The notes under the pieces: generated by a model
What the model was told of the DNA's origin: nothing
Databases searched by the model: none
Seen by the model: the letters and a program-made list of their open reading frames with translations, nothing else
Source of the DNA: Raillietiella orientalis
Taxonomy: Eukaryota
Direction of reading: 5' to 3'
NCBI GenBank assembly: GCA_036172245.1
Contig: JAYWIR010000037.1
Span: 1,302,001 to 1,366,000 of the forward strand
Length of the DNA stretch: 64,000 bases
Position numbers and translations under genes: made by a program
In this document: piece after piece, positions 51,201 to 63,840 of the stretch
Position numbering within the stretch: position 1 is the first letter of the stretch
Layout: each line of letters begins with the position of its first letter

Positions 51201-52399
51201 GCTCCTGGAAACGGAAAGTAGGTTTCCCAGAAGGGTGAAGAAGCAGCAGAAGCCTCATCGAATGAGTGAATCTAAACTAAGCCTCATTATACTTGTTCAT
51301 TTGCGCTCAAGGTTGCTGTTTGGATGGAAATCCTGCAAGTTTGTAAATTTCACAAGTGCCGATTTTAGAGATGGGCGTTAATTTTTTCAGGCTGAAGTGC
51401 ATCAGCAGTGGTGAATATTCATTGCACGATTTCATTGACATTTTTTCTCCCCTCCGTTCAGAAGAGGCGATATTGATAGTTGTACACACGTATTAATAAT
51501 AGCTACAGTGCCCACAAACAAGAATTTTGTTCGGAAAAGTGACATCCTTAGTAAATCTAAAATCGAGTAATGTGAATGCTCTCTGTAAAATCAGTAACTT
51601 GATTTTGTTCAATTTCCAAAGTGAATAAATCTCCACACTCCAAATTGTTTGGAAATTATTTCTACTCTTCTGGCACGCAAAAGCTTGGCTGAATGTTTAG
51701 TAAATGGATGAAATTAAGTAGCTGTATGGAGGAAAGAAAATAAGTTGGGGCTTTCCTCCTCATGGACTCCAGTTAATGTTTCGCTCCTCTAATTTCAGAT
51801 TCTGAGAAGGTCCTTGCTCTTCTTCATAGATTTTATTCGCTTTCATCCAATACCATGAAAAAAATAGTGTCGGCTCGCCTTCCTGTTACTCATAAGATGT
51901 TGAGGCAACCAGAAAATCAAGGTAAACGTGTCTTTGACCAAGTTACAAATCTCTGAAAACATCACTATCTGAACTTTGTAAACGTAGAAGCATGAAACCA
52001 TTTTGTATTACTGATGCGATTAATCACTGTGGTTTTTTCAACAGGAGCGAGCAAAGTGAAGTGTGTACACTTACATGCCATAACTTACGATTCACTGTTT
52101 ACTGTTTCGAGATGGGAAATTTCCCAAACCGATCCCATAGGAAAATCAGTCCAAGGCAATCCCGAGATTAAACCATCCTTTAACTGAAACGAACTAACAT
52201 TCATTTACTTCGGATTTACTCTTTGCTTCCTTATTTTCGGAGATTCGCTGTTCTAATCGAAATCGACATCCACAAAGTTTGAGATAATTTGAAACTATTC
52301 TTCAGAGAATCAAATGACATGACATGACTCGAAACATGTTAACTAAGATCATATATGATGATCCTAAATATGAATGAATTCGTTATCATAACGAGCTTC

Positions 52400-53950
52400 T
52401 GACTGCGTTAAACATGAAGAAAGTCAGCTGATCAATCATCAATCCTTCCAAATGTCATAGGAAAATCTGAGACAGGGCAACACATGAAGAAATGCAGCAC
52501 ACATGATGCACAATCAAAGACATAAAAACGCCTAGATGCATATAAAAATATTTAATTTTGTACAGTCAAGTGAGACGAAAGATGTACTAATGGACCTAAA
52601 ACATCTCCCATTCACGATGAAACTCCGTCATGAGGCAAAAAATATCCTAGATTCGGCCATACCTCTGCAAAAGTGGCTTCTCTCACAGTACTGGAGTTAC
52701 GAATAGCACAAGAAGCTTTTGCTCTAAGTCAGAGATCGCTGAAGGACTGGATTTGCCGGATTTGTGAGTGCATGTGATTAACACAAATAAGGAAGATGCA
52801 GCCAAGGTAGACTTCTAGATGACTGGAACTGATACTTTTGTTTCAACAGCTCATCTAAGTCATGCTACATGGATGCGTGTCCATATTCCAAGAGTAAAGA
52901 GCAACATGACTACTTCCAGAGATACTCATCTATGAAATAATGGAAAAAAAAAAAAAAAAAAAAGAAGCGAAAACAGCCCAATATCTTACTTTTCTTGGCT
53001 CACTTGGAACATAGACAACTTCAACTCGAAAAAATTCGTCACCCTTGGGACTGCTTTCAACATTTGGAATGAACGAATTTTTTGGTGCCCCAATCCGTTG
53101 TGAGAATTCACCGTCTGCATAAATCGTACCGTTATGCCGCACAAAGTAGATGCACCTATTCCTTTGGCAATCATTTTCAACCGCCAACATGTAGAGATGA
53201 ATACGGGCTCATCTGCAAAACCAGGAAGCGCAGAAGCTCATAATGCTCCTATAGGTATGCTCCACAATATTTCCACACCCTGATGATTATGGGTACAACT
53301 GGATTCATGTGAACCTCATGCTTGATTGATTACTGTCCTATTGAATTTCTATGGCTGAACACATCTCATACTTATTTAAAGCTGTATTGATTCGTCACAC
53401 AAGATTACATCCAGAAGGTAAGCATATTAGCATGTGCTGCGGCAAGAGAAAACCACAGCTAGGTAAAACCAATAAATTCTTGCTTCGTGTCGAAGACGTT
53501 TGAAACGTACATGCAGGAAGCTTGGTATGGGTCGGGATATATCTAAAAGCAGTTGGAATTATAAAATGTCGGATATAAAAATGCTTATTGAAACGCGATG
53601 CAAGTGCAGGATTGTGGGAAAAAAACTGCCACGCTGCAGCTTTGGCGGGGATGGAGTTACAGATGACCGGAAGCTTAAATATGCATTGAATCAGACGGAG
53701 AGTGAGCCGGAGGCGGGAAGCTGGCAATGAAAAGAAAATCAATCTGTTGCAGTTGAAGTTTTCAAAGAGGAAACTTCCGGCTTTGCATATGAGAAGCTCT
53801 CCAAAGTCCGGAAAGCAGGGAAAACACTTTGGAGTAAAATTCGGGAGAATTCTGTTTCCAAAAGGTCCGACTTTTTCAATGAATGGAAAAACCAACACTT
53901 CCTTCCGTCATGAACGACGTGCACCACAAGTACATTGCATTCGCGATTGC
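52400..53950 (-). mobile_element. Ty3/gypsy RNase H-integrase remnant
   Basis: CFPDF...IFFSLPASRL...WQFFSH (cf. L.PD...F.L.TDAS...AF.S), SSGCGNIVEHTYRS (cf. H.PG..N..AD.LSR) and SHNGLGHQ. Confidence 0.5.
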
Positions 53951-54959
53951 GTCAAGTAATGTACCGACGTGGAAAGAGTATTCCCTGGTTCCTTTTTTTT
54001 TCTTTTTTTTTTGGCAGCAACGAGATATCTTGGCTGCACACATCGCAGCATACTTTCCGTGACAAAGATCAGCAGTTGATTTCCATTTTCCGGACAACTT
54101 TCTAGTAAATCCGGAAAGCGAAAGTGCACGACGACTGCATACATCTTTCTGAAGGATTTCGGAGAAAAAAAAAAAAAAAAATGCAACTCATTCCATTTTC
54201 TTATGCAGTTCTTCCCCGCTCAGTTGGCTAGGTTTGCCATTTCGCAAAAAGTTTTTGCGAAATGGGAACCGATTGCAACGGAAAGTGAAGAACCCAACCA
54301 AATAAGCAAACTTTGGAAAAACCACGATTTACCGGAGGAAAACAGGAAGGATTCCAATCGAAATCGTGTCAGCACGACACCCTGGCGCCGTAGGATGCGT
54401 TTTCGAAATCCACGCGTTCCAGAAAACTCTTTCAAATTCCATGCTGCACGTAATTTCGGAGCATCCATTACAAATTAGCTAGTAACAGGGGATAACCAAT
54501 GACGGTTGTCAGGTGGACTCTGGAATGGCGCTATCCAGGACGGAAGTGGCCCTCGTGAACCGAAGATCCTTCAAGTCCAATCTTTTATCCATATCATAGA
54601 TTCTTTTTCACAGTTGCTCTAATCTGGTTCAGCGACAGTCAGAAGACAGGAGCACTTCGGCGCAACAGAGGCAAGTTGATGTCTCGAAGATCGTGAAGTA
54701 AAGTGATGTAAATTCAACGACGGCTGAAACATCTCAATGACCACACAAATGTCTAAAAGGATGCATTCATTCTAGGTGGTCGCATTGCAAAAGACGAATT
54801 TCAAATGAAGAGCTTTCGCAGCTCCGGAGGTACACGCACAAGACGGCTTTCAGAATAAGGACTTACCAATGGACACTGTCGAGATATTCTTCTAAGTGAT
54901 CGGTGGTAAATTTAAATCCTATGGTGAAATCCTGTGTTTTCGCACACAGTATGGTAGCA

Positions 54960-55850
54960 TACTCTAAACGTGCATCTGAGCATTGAAACTCCATTTGCAT
55001 ACAGGGTTGTGGGATCGTAGGTCGTCTTTGCATTCATGCGAAAGCAGAATAATTGGGAAGGATTGTATCGAAAGTGAACTTTTTAAAAAGTTGATAATGG
55101 AGTGCGAAATGATTGGAAGTGCTTCGTAATCACTTTCAGATGTGACATTTTCCAAAATCCTTGAAAGTATCCATTCTTCGAATGCACCTAATTTATTGAT
55201 GGCTGCACTTGTCGCTTCAAAGAGTTCAATTTGGATTGGAGAATTTGAAAATCGCTGGCATGGGATGAAGTCAATGGTGATTCCTCAGTGCAGCGGAACA
55301 TTTTCTGCTGAATTCGTCCTCATAACACGTTGATCAGAATGAGACAAGTTTTTTTTTTTTTCCCTCACGATGCTTATGGTTGAAATTTCGTCTGTTTTTT
55401 CACATCACTGGAACTCTTATAATGAGTCAGTGCTGTAATGAAACAACTTTTCTTGATCATGCTTCCAGTTTGAGAGCACTTTGTTTTTTCAAGACTTCCC
55501 ACCCATCCCAGAATACATGGTAGCCAGTGTACATGGATGTTTCCATCAGCACTCGAGTAACATGATCTTAAAAAGCCTGACTGCGTCCCCACAGACGTTG
55601 GCTTCTCGGCCTTTTGGATAAGATCAAAGTGAAATTCGTGCTAAGATGGCTGAAATTCCTCGAATCAATGATTTTACATTCCTCCATGCTGTCCTTATTG
55701 ACCTCTTGAGATATCCAAGCTTGTTAATACTCGTTAACGCATTGACATCCGCAGATGCTCTTGCCCAGAGTTTTGAAAATTGATTCCCACTTACCTTCGC
55801 TGTAGTTTCTTCCAGCTGTCCAACTGTTTTATTTTTCAAGTATATGGATT
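54960..55850 (-). mobile_element. Tc1-like transposase remnant
   Basis: TAWRNV, NIHVHWLPCILGWVGSL...GSMIKKSCFITAL (cf. VMVWGCF..G.G.L...G.M...Y..IL) and SNSPIQIEL (cf. SPDLNPIE). Confidence 0.5.
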
Positions 55851-57249
55851 ACCTAAAGTTCGGCAAAGCATCCTGCAAAAGATCCGCAAACAGAATCACG
55901 CTTGCGGAATCGAATAAAAGGGTGGGATTTGGAATCACCTTCCAATTGATTCTAGAACCAGTTCCTATTTAAACTGTTAACACGTTTTATCAGGGATCAG
56001 ACTGAGAAATCGCTCCGCCGTGACAGAGGTATCCTCCATTTTACCAAACATATACATATTATGATGTAGAGATTTCCCATCTGCTCTTCTTGATCATCAG
56101 CTTAAAGTTTTTCATGGAAATGCTCCAGTGGTATGAGATTCGCACGCCTCTAGAAATTCTCATTATGCTTGCTTTAGCACTATACCATTATGTGACATCA
56201 TTTCAGGGATTTATCTACTATAAAAAGAAGACAGTTCTTTGGTCAGGGAGAAAGAGCGAATGCTGGCAGTGATTTCGCGGTCCATCTGTGCATTGTGCAA
56301 ATGAACTGACAGTGAGCGATTTACTGAAAACTTCGTCCAGTCCCGTAAAGTATCATTTCCATAGAGTAAAAGACATGAGAAAAATCACAAGTCTTCAGCA
56401 GAGTGAAAACTGATGGTAAAATTCAGCGTAGGGAACGAAGAGCAGGGGGTTTCGAAAGAGTGAGTCAAGGAAGGAAATTAAATGCAGAAACATTTGCTAA
56501 AATCTTTAGAGATCAGATTCTGGAAAGAACCGAATGGACCGTCTGAATTACTTGATCTTTTTTAACGAGGAAGTATAAATGCTTGATCCCATCATGAATT
56601 ATCGTTGGCAACCCTCTAGATGAACACTCAAGTTCGATTTTTTAGATGAAAGTTTAGCTAGCTAATTTTCATTGCCTGCAACCAAACACTTAGATAAAGA
56701 CCATATTTTCCAGAAAGCTTCGTTCAATTCCTGTAATCGGATATTTGTTTATTTTTTCTGTTTCGTGTGGATCCACGTTTTTATAATGCGTCGATACCAT
56801 TTTTATAGCCAATAACTTTCATCCCTCCGGAAGGGCATCAAAAACCATAATTCATTTTTTTAAAGAAGAACGTTTCGATTAGTTCTTAGTTCGATTCTTT
56901 TCAGCGTGCAGTCTCTTTTCCTTGTGGAAGAAGGCTTGTTCTTGTTTTCTTGCAATACTAAATTTGGGATCTTTCTCTTTGAAAAAAAAAGTATTTTTGG
57001 TTTCGTAATGATCGCTCAATTAAACACATTTTAATTATGTAATACAAGAGTAACTATTTTTAAGGTCTGTACACTTTTGAATCTACATATTAAACATAGT
57101 AAAATAACATTCGCAATCTTTCCCTTCACTTTTGTGGATCCAAGGTTCAATTTCGTTCTGGAAAAACTAGGTATCATTTTCTAATCACCTTGCAGTGGAG
57201 CTCAATAAATGGTGATGGAAGGAGGCGGAAAAGCTCAGGTTCGTATCGA

Positions 57250-59560
57250 GGTCATGATTTCAAATACTATTTGGAGGACTATTCCAGAGACTTCTTGGCT
57301 CGAAGCATCTGCAAATGCCTATTGAATCACCAGCCAGAGCTTCGACAAGCGCAAGTCGCTGAAGCAGAGAGCCCACGAAGACAACGGATTCCACCGAATT
57401 GGAGCTTCTCAGGGATCGTCTGATGGACTTTCGTACGCATTCGATGGAAGTGCTTTGCCTTTCCAGCGATGAAATGAGTTCCACCAAGGATTTTCATGCT
57501 GCCAAACGCTTCCACAATCTGCGAAAATGTCACATCCAACGGAATTCGAACGATCTCATTGCCAAGCATGGAAATACCAATCCTAAATAAATTCAGCCGA
57601 ATTTCACTTCCTTGCTTTCATCTCGAGGATCCGATTTCAGTTTCCGACGGGGGCTGCCTCATTTGCCATGTTTACTTCGAAATTTCAACCACCCTGACCA
57701 CACTATGCTTTCTTGACATTAAACGAATGTACGTTGTCTTCTGCAGTACACCACCAATTATCTCGTGCTCTGCCGCTGCTCTGAAATTCAAATACCATTA
57801 GAAAACCATCGTCGAAACTTCAGTTAATTTTTAACCAAGCTGATGAGAAATGCCACGTTTGTTTACCTGCTACTTACATCTATTCAAAGATAACTGTCAA
57901 GTGTGCCTGGACTCACTAGATTCGATTTCTCTTGATCATCTTTCTATTCCTGAAAGCAAGGTACGTGCTTTCATTGCAAGCGGGGGCCTCTACATTAACG
58001 AAACTGCGAGTCCATAAACGTCAGTCTATGAAAAGATCAACTACTGTGTGCGTCTCTTTGATTACAGGAGCTAATCACGTCAGGACTCATGCCATTGTCC
58101 CAAAACGAAAGCGATTGATCAGATCTCCAGTTGAAAACTAATTTTGACCTAATCCAATGCATTGATTGACTACGGATCGTCATCTTTTACCGAGAGAATT
58201 GTGTTCTCGAAATTAAACATGAGTCTCAATTGCAGAAAATTTTTAAGAGTAGAATTTCAAGAAGATGAATCAGAAAATGAGCTCCCTGTTTCGATCTAGA
58301 GACTGCCAGAAACTAAATCGACTGGCAGGAAACAGACGAGAGACGGTTGCTAGGAGCGTTGAAAAAGATAGAGAGCGATGTTTCCTTTTGACATTTCCAG
58401 TGTAATGGAAGATTTGCAAATTGATGTCGTGAAACACACGGTGATCCACTTGAACCGACCGTGCGGATGACTCGCTACTTTTTGCCACAAAGCCAAACTT
58501 AAGACGAGACGGTTTGAGGTCGCTCACCCAATACAACATCCGTTGCTAAGTTTCCTGAAAACCAGCTGTGAGTACTTATTCCTTTGTTCCACCAAGCATG
58601 AAGCTACTTTTCCTTCTTGGGAGTGCCCCTTTTACAAATGCGATACTTTAAAGAAATCCATTCGGTTCTCCCTAATCCGAGTTTGGAATGGCCAGATTTT
58701 CAGGTGCAACGTTGGACTCGTTATCGATGTAATAACGTGTGGTCCCAAAGGAGAGTGAGGCAAATTTTTAAGGAAAAGTTTGCTGCTACTCATCTTTACA
58801 TAGCTGAGAATCGAATGATCGTATAAAACTTGCCTCCGACTACGTAATCAGGCAGTGCTCATAGTGAGAAAGGAAAAAAACTCCTGACATTTGAGCAGCC
58901 TAGACTAGAGGACATTAAATTCATCACAAGGGGGATGTGCAACTTATTTAAAGCTTCTAATAAGCATCTGCATCCCAAGCAGCATATTCGTGTATGAACT
59001 TATGGAGTAATCCAGACGTGCTGTTTATTGCTGATAACTGAAAGGCTTCATCACTTTACCTTCACAGAGCTCGATGTTCGATGTTCCTTACCCCCTTTGG
59101 ATAAGCCGAACACTGATTGGTCCAGTATTTTCCATGGTCCAGTCCCCCGTTATCCGAATGAGAATTACAAGAATGCAGATACACTTCCACATGGTCAGAA
59201 GCTCGATTCTAGCATGTCAGATTACAGAATGAGATGGATAGCAGGATTTTAAATTTGTCGCTACCATCTTTATAGCCTGAATAGAATTACACACAAGATG
59301 CCTTCCATGGTATCTGCGATGTGACAGAATGCAGTGACTTCAATGGACGCTTTACTCGACCGACTTGACCACTGCATGAGAGCAACAAGAGATATGCATC
59401 CCATATAAGCAATCCTTAAGGTCTGTGTGAAGCAAAGAAGAGAAAAGCACGTCGTAAAATTAATCCTCACTGCTATTGCAAGCAATATGCAGGCATTAGA
59501 AGTTGATACTGTTTTTTGGGGGGACCAATTGCGAATCTCAGGTGTCATCATCGTTTAATC
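57250..59560 (-). mobile_element. Ty1/copia gag-protease-integrase remnant
   Basis: MLYWVSDLKPSRL (cf. DVLYVPDL..NL), DHRVFHDIN (cf. WH.R.GH.N), RKLKSDPR and IVRIPLDVTF (cf. I..SRDV.F), in copia order. Confidence 0.55.
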
Positions 59561-59749
59561 AACCTAAAAACATTATCTGAATCACTGTAATTGCAATTAT
59601 AAATTCTTTTTCGGATATGCCGGCTGCGAATCTGAAGTGAAACGTGCTGAATGGGCAACTTCGATCACGACCAGCAAAAATGTGTGTGCGCCAACATGTT
59701 ACAGGATCGAATCTCCTAAGTGATGAAATGAGAGGAAATGAGAATCATT

Positions 59750-60650
59750 CTGGTGACTAGAATGCTGCTGTAAATCGATTCCATTGCAGGAATCTGATTG
59801 TACCCGCTTATGGAAATCGCTTTTTTCCGGAACTTTTCAGCATGGAAGTGGATGACGATGTCACCACAAGTTCGAAAGAAGTACTTTGCACTGGGGAACC
59901 AGGAACACTCATGTTCCTGGGCAGTGGAAACCCAGTGTTTTCGAGACCCAGTTCAATGTAGAATCAGGAAAAAGGTAGGCCAAATTCAGAACCAGATTTT
60001 TTCTTTCCGAGCGCGGCATTGCACTAAAAGGAAAAGTTTGAACCCTAAAGTCTCATGCTTTCTTCTTCTTCTTTGAAATTCGAGAAAATAGTGTAGAATG
60101 GGAGATAATTGCTGATTCCATTCGTTTTATCCAGCTTTTTGAAAGCCTGCGAAAGCTCTCCAGCAATGTGAAATCCTCAAAAAACACATTTGAAGCACCT
60201 TGAGGACTAACTGCTTTGGCATGCATCCAGTGCATCTTCTAAGACTGGTTCAGATAACTAAGTGCTGGTTTGTGTTTTCGAAATTTTTCCAGCCTGACAC
60301 GTACAAGATCAGCAGCTACCGTCTGACGGGTGAATGGGCTGAAGGATTCTTATTGAAATCATTATTTCGGATTTTAAGAAGAGTTGGAATTTCCATAGTT
60401 TTTGCATTTTTCTTCCTCCTCCTTACATTGAGCGTTGCTTTTGAAAAGCTAAAATTTTGTAATATTTTTCAAGGAATCATCAAAAGACCAATGAAAATCA
60501 AATTGCATTTTCTCTTACGGCTGAAGAATACAGAGAGCGATTGTTCACAGAATCGTGTGACCACTAATCAAAACAACGATGCAACTGTCTTTTTGCCTCT
60601 GGGACAACCAAAGTCTGAATTCGGAAATGAAGAAACGATCTGCGAAAAAG
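59750..60650 (+). mobile_element. Very degenerate LINE RT remnant (clade not determined)
   Basis: FSAWKWMTMSPQVRKK...GNQEH (cf. WK...I.PI.KK...NYRP) and QIFSFRARHCT (cf. Q.GFR..RST). Confidence 0.35.
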
Positions 60651-60699
60651 CTGCGAATCCGACACCCGAAATGAATTACCACCCGGTGTGTATCCGCTT

Positions 60700-61400
60700 A
60701 TGTTGGAACCAGAGCTCTCTGGTCTTACGCACAGGGCTGATCCTGCTGAATCAGGAAGTTTCGATGGCAAAACTCATGTTCCCGTACACTCGGGTCCCGG
60801 ATCCTCCTGAAAGACTTGGCGGTGCTGTGGGTTGGTTAACTTGACTCTTGAGAAGATCGTACTGCAGGTGCAGTTCCGTCTTCCTTCCCTGTTTGACAAA
60901 TTGGCGGGCCTTCCATTGGGGAGCCGCGTCACGCCACATCCTCCGGCGATGCGCTGGAAGCTCAGGACTTGTTTCGCTGCTGCTGCGCAACCTACGCGAG
61001 AGGGCCGGATTCGGCTACCCCATGAGACATCTGCCCTCACTACTTGCAGGCGTGGATCTCCTGACCCTCCATATAAACCGAAACGCCTGGAGACAGAAGA
61101 CTCTCGGATCCACTTTGCAAGTGCGCCCAGAGGGGCTGAGACAGATGCAGAACCTCCTACACAAACCGCTGGAAGATATCCTGCAGGGTTAGACGCAGTG
61201 GTCCCAGATAGCCGCCACACCCCTTGCCGCAGTACTGCCTGCCCTAATGGCAAGAAATGACAGCAGCCAACCGGCCGGGTGGGAGTTCTGCAGGCTTGCG
61301 GGGGTTGAGAAACTCCTGGACGACTGCAAGACGAGCGAGCTGGCGAACGCCGCCACTCCTCGTTTCCAGCCAATGGGACTGTTTTAGTGAAGTGAACAGC
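60700..61400 (+). mobile_element. L1/Tx1-like ORF2 post-RT fragment
   Basis: PDPPERLGGAV and HPPAMRWKLRTCFAAAAQPT; strong nucleotide similarity to 27405-27610 and 34600-35060. Confidence 0.8.
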
Positions 61401-61404
61401 TTGA

Positions 61405-62890
61405 CTTGACACCAGGTAACGCCGGGGCGTTTATTATAGAGATAATAAACATACATATGTATGCCCATCGGCACTGCATCGTCCGAAAATGTTCGGAACC
61501 TGCCGAGTAACCGGCAAGCCGTCCGGTGAGGTTCTTCTGGGCAGCGGCAGGGGAAGGGGCAAACAAAAATAACAATAAATAAAAATCAATAATAAAAGAA
61601 AACTCTGCGGAACACGGGAAGGGATCACTGTTTACTGGAGAGCGTCCACTGCATCCTTTGCAGGATTCCCGCAAGTTCCATCGGAGTATGCCCCAGCATC
61701 TTGCTGCCGTTAGCAGGAAGCGCAGATGATGCAGACGGCTTCCCTATCGCACCGTCCTCCTCTCGCGTGACTCCAGGCCGCGAGTGTGACAGTTCCACGT
61801 AGGCGAAAAAGAGCTGTTAGGGATGCACGAGACGAATGGGCATCGCTCATGAAAAGGAGCTTCGTCACGTCCCTGGGATAGTCCGTCGGTGCACCAAGGG
61901 CCATTACGTAACGCAAGTACAGGGGCTGGAGAGCAACACTGTCCACAAGCAGGCGAGGGAGGGATTCTCGTTTCCTGCATCTGCAGCTGTTGAGTCCATA
62001 ACCCCTCGGGTCCAGTGAGACCGGCGGGCGTTGCTCAGGAGACCCCAGTGCAACAGTAGAAGTGCCGATTCCTGCCACTTCAAGAGGAGGACCCGGTTGT
62101 TCTTGAGCTCTGGAGGACACTCAAGGTCATCCTGTGAGATTTCCAGCAGCACATCCCAGCTCAATAGCTTTTGTCCTCTGAAGGAAAGGCTGGTAAGCGC
62201 GTCGAGCCAGCCAGAGCACAGAAAGGTCGTTAAAGAGGCTGTGAAGCCCATGCATTCCAGAAGCTCCACATGAAGCTCACGATCGACGCAGTTGAATGCT
62301 TTGGGCAAGTCGACTGCGACCGCACTCCCTCACGACCTTTCCATCCACCACCGGTGGTCTCCCTAGAATTCGGGGTGCCGACCGTATTCATTTACTTTAC
62401 TACTCTGTAACTGAAACCAGATGTTCGCGAGGAACATGCTGGAATCCATACTTCTCCCGGGAACAGCCTAAGTCTGTTTCGGGCTGATCACGGACTCTGC
62501 AACCGTCCTAATCGCTCCGACCACAGTTTCGCCACTAACTTGGCGACCGAGTTCAACACGGTTATCGGACACCAGTTGCTGAAGTTCATTAGGTCTCCTC
62601 CCTTTGGGAGGAGATGCATTCATGCTCATCGTAAGGAGGTGGGAACATCGCCTCTCTTCCGAATCAGCAGCGTTGAGCGCTGCACCAGGAGGAGCAGCTC
62701 CTACGCGAAGCATTAAAATGCTCTACGGGCAGCCCTCCCCTAGCGCCTTCAGCTTCCTGAGCTTCCCGATTGAGGTGATGATTTCACCCATCGTGAAAGG
62801 CTCGTCAAGACATGCTCTCTCCTCCCCTCCGATCTCTGGAGAACCTTCCGGATGCAAGAACTGAGAGATACCCCGCTCCGAAGGTGCCCC
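61405..62890 (-). mobile_element. L1/Tx1-like LINE: RT start joined to C-terminus and 3' UTR (RT core missing)
   Basis: LDEPFTMGEI, VISPKQT*AVPGR and VDLPKAFNCVDR, then a jump (~62165) to WDVLL...KWQESALLLLHWG. The UTR starts GTGATCCCTTCCC; AATAAA at ~61430 (minus). Confidence 0.85.
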
Positions 62891-62899
62891 AGCGCACAG

Positions 62900-63840
62900 A
62901 AGGAATAAAAACTGCTCAATAGGCGCTTATCGCCACCGGAACAGCGACCTTCCTGCAATATGGTGAGTATCCTGCCGTATCCATGGAAGGAAAAAGGTTT
63001 TATGCTCGTGGACAACTAGACAGCTATTGGACGCTGCTACCCCGAATGTTCCACCGAAAGGAGTTCTGTGTTGGGACGAGCTGCTCACGATACCTTAGGA
63101 GGAGGTGAAGTAGCTCACATCGTGTTGGGACATTAGCATTCTCCTCCTCAAGTGGCAGGAGGTGGCGTTGCTAGTGTTGCATAGGGGAATCTCATGCAAA
63201 GCACGCCTCCATCATTGGACACAGGGTAGTGTGGATGCCCGTTGTGAAAGGTAAGGCAGCTAAGAGACATTGCCACATCTTCTGCTGAACTATGCCGCCC
63301 TCCGATCCCTCTGGGATAGTCTGTCGACGATCCTAGATATTCCTGAAGACGGCCCCAGGGATGTTTTTAAGCGCCTCTTCGTCCGTTCCCACCTTCCGCG
63401 TCCCCAGCAGTTCTCTGCTGCAATCGCGGAATCACGGCGGTCTGGAACGCGACCAGAAGAGGCCAGAATGGCAGATGCCATCCACTGCGCACAGATTTTT
63501 TTGAAGACCTCATTTAGATGGTCTCACGTGGGCAACGTAAGAACACGACTTGTTTGCGTCCTAGAAAGGACATAGGAAAAGTCTCTCATGATGCAGTGAT
63601 CCCTTCCCCGCCCTCCCCTCATCAGGAAACATGTCTCTTCCCTGTTCTAACGTATTTTTGTTTTTTTTTGTTTGTGGCTTTTCCTTCCCCTTCGCCGCGG
63701 AAAGGCACCTCGCCGGTCTCCAGATAGGTGGCCGACGAGTTACAAGGACGTGCTGAACCAAGTGGTTCACCACAGGAACATTTAATTGTATTTGTATTAT
63801 TATTATAATAAATTCCCGGGAAAATTCTAGCGATAACCTT
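62900..63840 (+). mobile_element. 5'-truncated L1/Tx1-like LINE with 3' UTR
   Basis: VLCWDELL, KWQEVALLVLH, ETLPHLLLNY and RWSHV. The UTR starts TGATCCCTTCCC, has a hairpin at 63750-63773, and AATAAA at ~63807. Confidence 0.85.

Noticed and set aside
60200..61412. Longest ORFs in the track (214 aa plus, 212 aa minus) as host genes
   Set aside because: They are chance read-throughs or antisense frames of LINE relics.
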